DNA from: Balanoglossus misakiensis | Taxonomy: Eukaryota; Animalia; Hemichordata | Reading direction: 5' to 3' | Length of the DNA stretch: 64,000 nucleotides | NCBI GenBank assembly: GCA_040954595.2 | Contig: CM082594.2 | Span: 7,150,840 to 7,214,839 of the forward strand | Notes under the pieces: model-generated | What the model saw: the letters and a program-made list of their open reading frames with translations, nothing else | What the model was told of the DNA's origin: nothing | The model's database searches: none | Part shown: one piece after another, positions 63,001 through 64,000 of the stretch | Numbering within the stretch: the first letter of the stretch is position 1 | Layout of the letters: each line of letters starts with the position of its first letter | Made by a program: the position numbers and the translations under genes

Positions 63001-64000
63001 AACAAGCAACCAATCACACGCATGTTCATCAATTTGTTTCACAGTGCGAGCTAATATGGCTGCCGGGCGTTCCATACATTGCTGCATTGTTCATCATGTC
63101 TGACGTCATTTCCTGTACCAAGCAAAGGAACAGTGCATGATTGTAGCAGAAATGTACTCTGATTTAGTGTACATGCTCTTCATGCTCTTGGCTTTCGTTT
63201 TATTTATGTGGCTCTTGTTGAAACAGGACAAAATGTTTCTCGTTGTAAGTCTTCCGCGATAATGTATTTCCAAGGAGCCGTGTTAATCTTACTACTTTAT
63301 AGCATATCCTCTACCTTCGTTGTTGTTGTTCTCTTTTACCTGAAACGCGTACCATTTTAAATGACAGACATTTTAATGGCTGTCACAATGTTAAAAGTCA
63401 GCGTTTTTCGGTTATAGGCTGTGGTTTCACCTCCGGTACATTAAAAATGTGTTCCAGTGCTTCATGTTTGTGAATTTATTTCCACATCTCTCGCTGTAGC
63501 GAAATGATTCAAGTAGATTAAATCGAACGTTTTTTTTGTAAATATTATGGGGATGAATTGAAATGAACTTGAGTCAATTCTGTTTTGATGTTTCAACCTT
63601 TTCGACCCCTCAGAAGTGCGTTCACTCAGAGAGTCAACATTTAGTCAAGTTGTCCCGGGGGTGCCCATCGAATTCCATTATCATCAATCGCCATGGCCGT
63701 TGCCAGTGCCTTTGTTGCGCGATTGACCTCGTTGCAATCATCGCATGTTTAAAAACCGACTTGGCACTTTCACGACAGAAACGGATTTTTTTTTAGCTGA
63801 CGCATCGTAAGTGCGTTGTGTCCCGCAGCATTTTTTGTTCGATCGACCACAGCTTTCTAATGATATCGTTCGAATAGGGGTTGCTGGCGTATACTACATC
63901 AGGGGTGACAAATGTCGTTTTCTCACCGCGTGACGGGAAATGTTGCTGAACTCTTCACCATTACTGACATGCACTGTAGTTTGTCTTGGGTCGTTTGGTA

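Overview
This is AT-rich animal genomic DNA with spliceosomal introns. It most likely comes from an invertebrate deuterostome (hemichordate- or amphioxus-like), which is an inference from gene content and repeat style only. I could reconstruct two protein-coding genes by hand. (1) A complete 22-exon ADAMTS16/18-type secreted metalloprotease on the + strand (about 9284-51103, about 1213 aa). It has a signal peptide, prodomain, furin site RQRR, zinc motif HESGHNFGMIHD, disintegrin-like domain, central TSR, Cys-rich and spacer domains, 5 C-terminal TSRs and a PLAC domain. All splice phases are consistent if intron 1 uses a GC donor, and intron 3 is about 25.5 kb. (2) A convergent 3-exon class A peptide-receptor-like GPCR on the - strand (59781-57766, about 390 aa) with almost no N-terminus and a very long acidic ECL2. 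The non-coding DNA holds at least 7 full copies of a ~90 bp TTAA-flanked piggyBac-type MITE, other TTAA-flanked elements, and micro- and minisatellites. Several regulatory-looking arrangements also appear: helically phased CCAAT boxes in intron 8, a composite DR5 nuclear-receptor element in intron 3, and CTCF-like sites between the genes. I found no rRNA, tRNA, CRISPR array or intact transposase/RT, and nothing I can confidently call a new biological system. The findings are hypotheses, and nearly all ORFs in the supplied track outside these exons look spurious.
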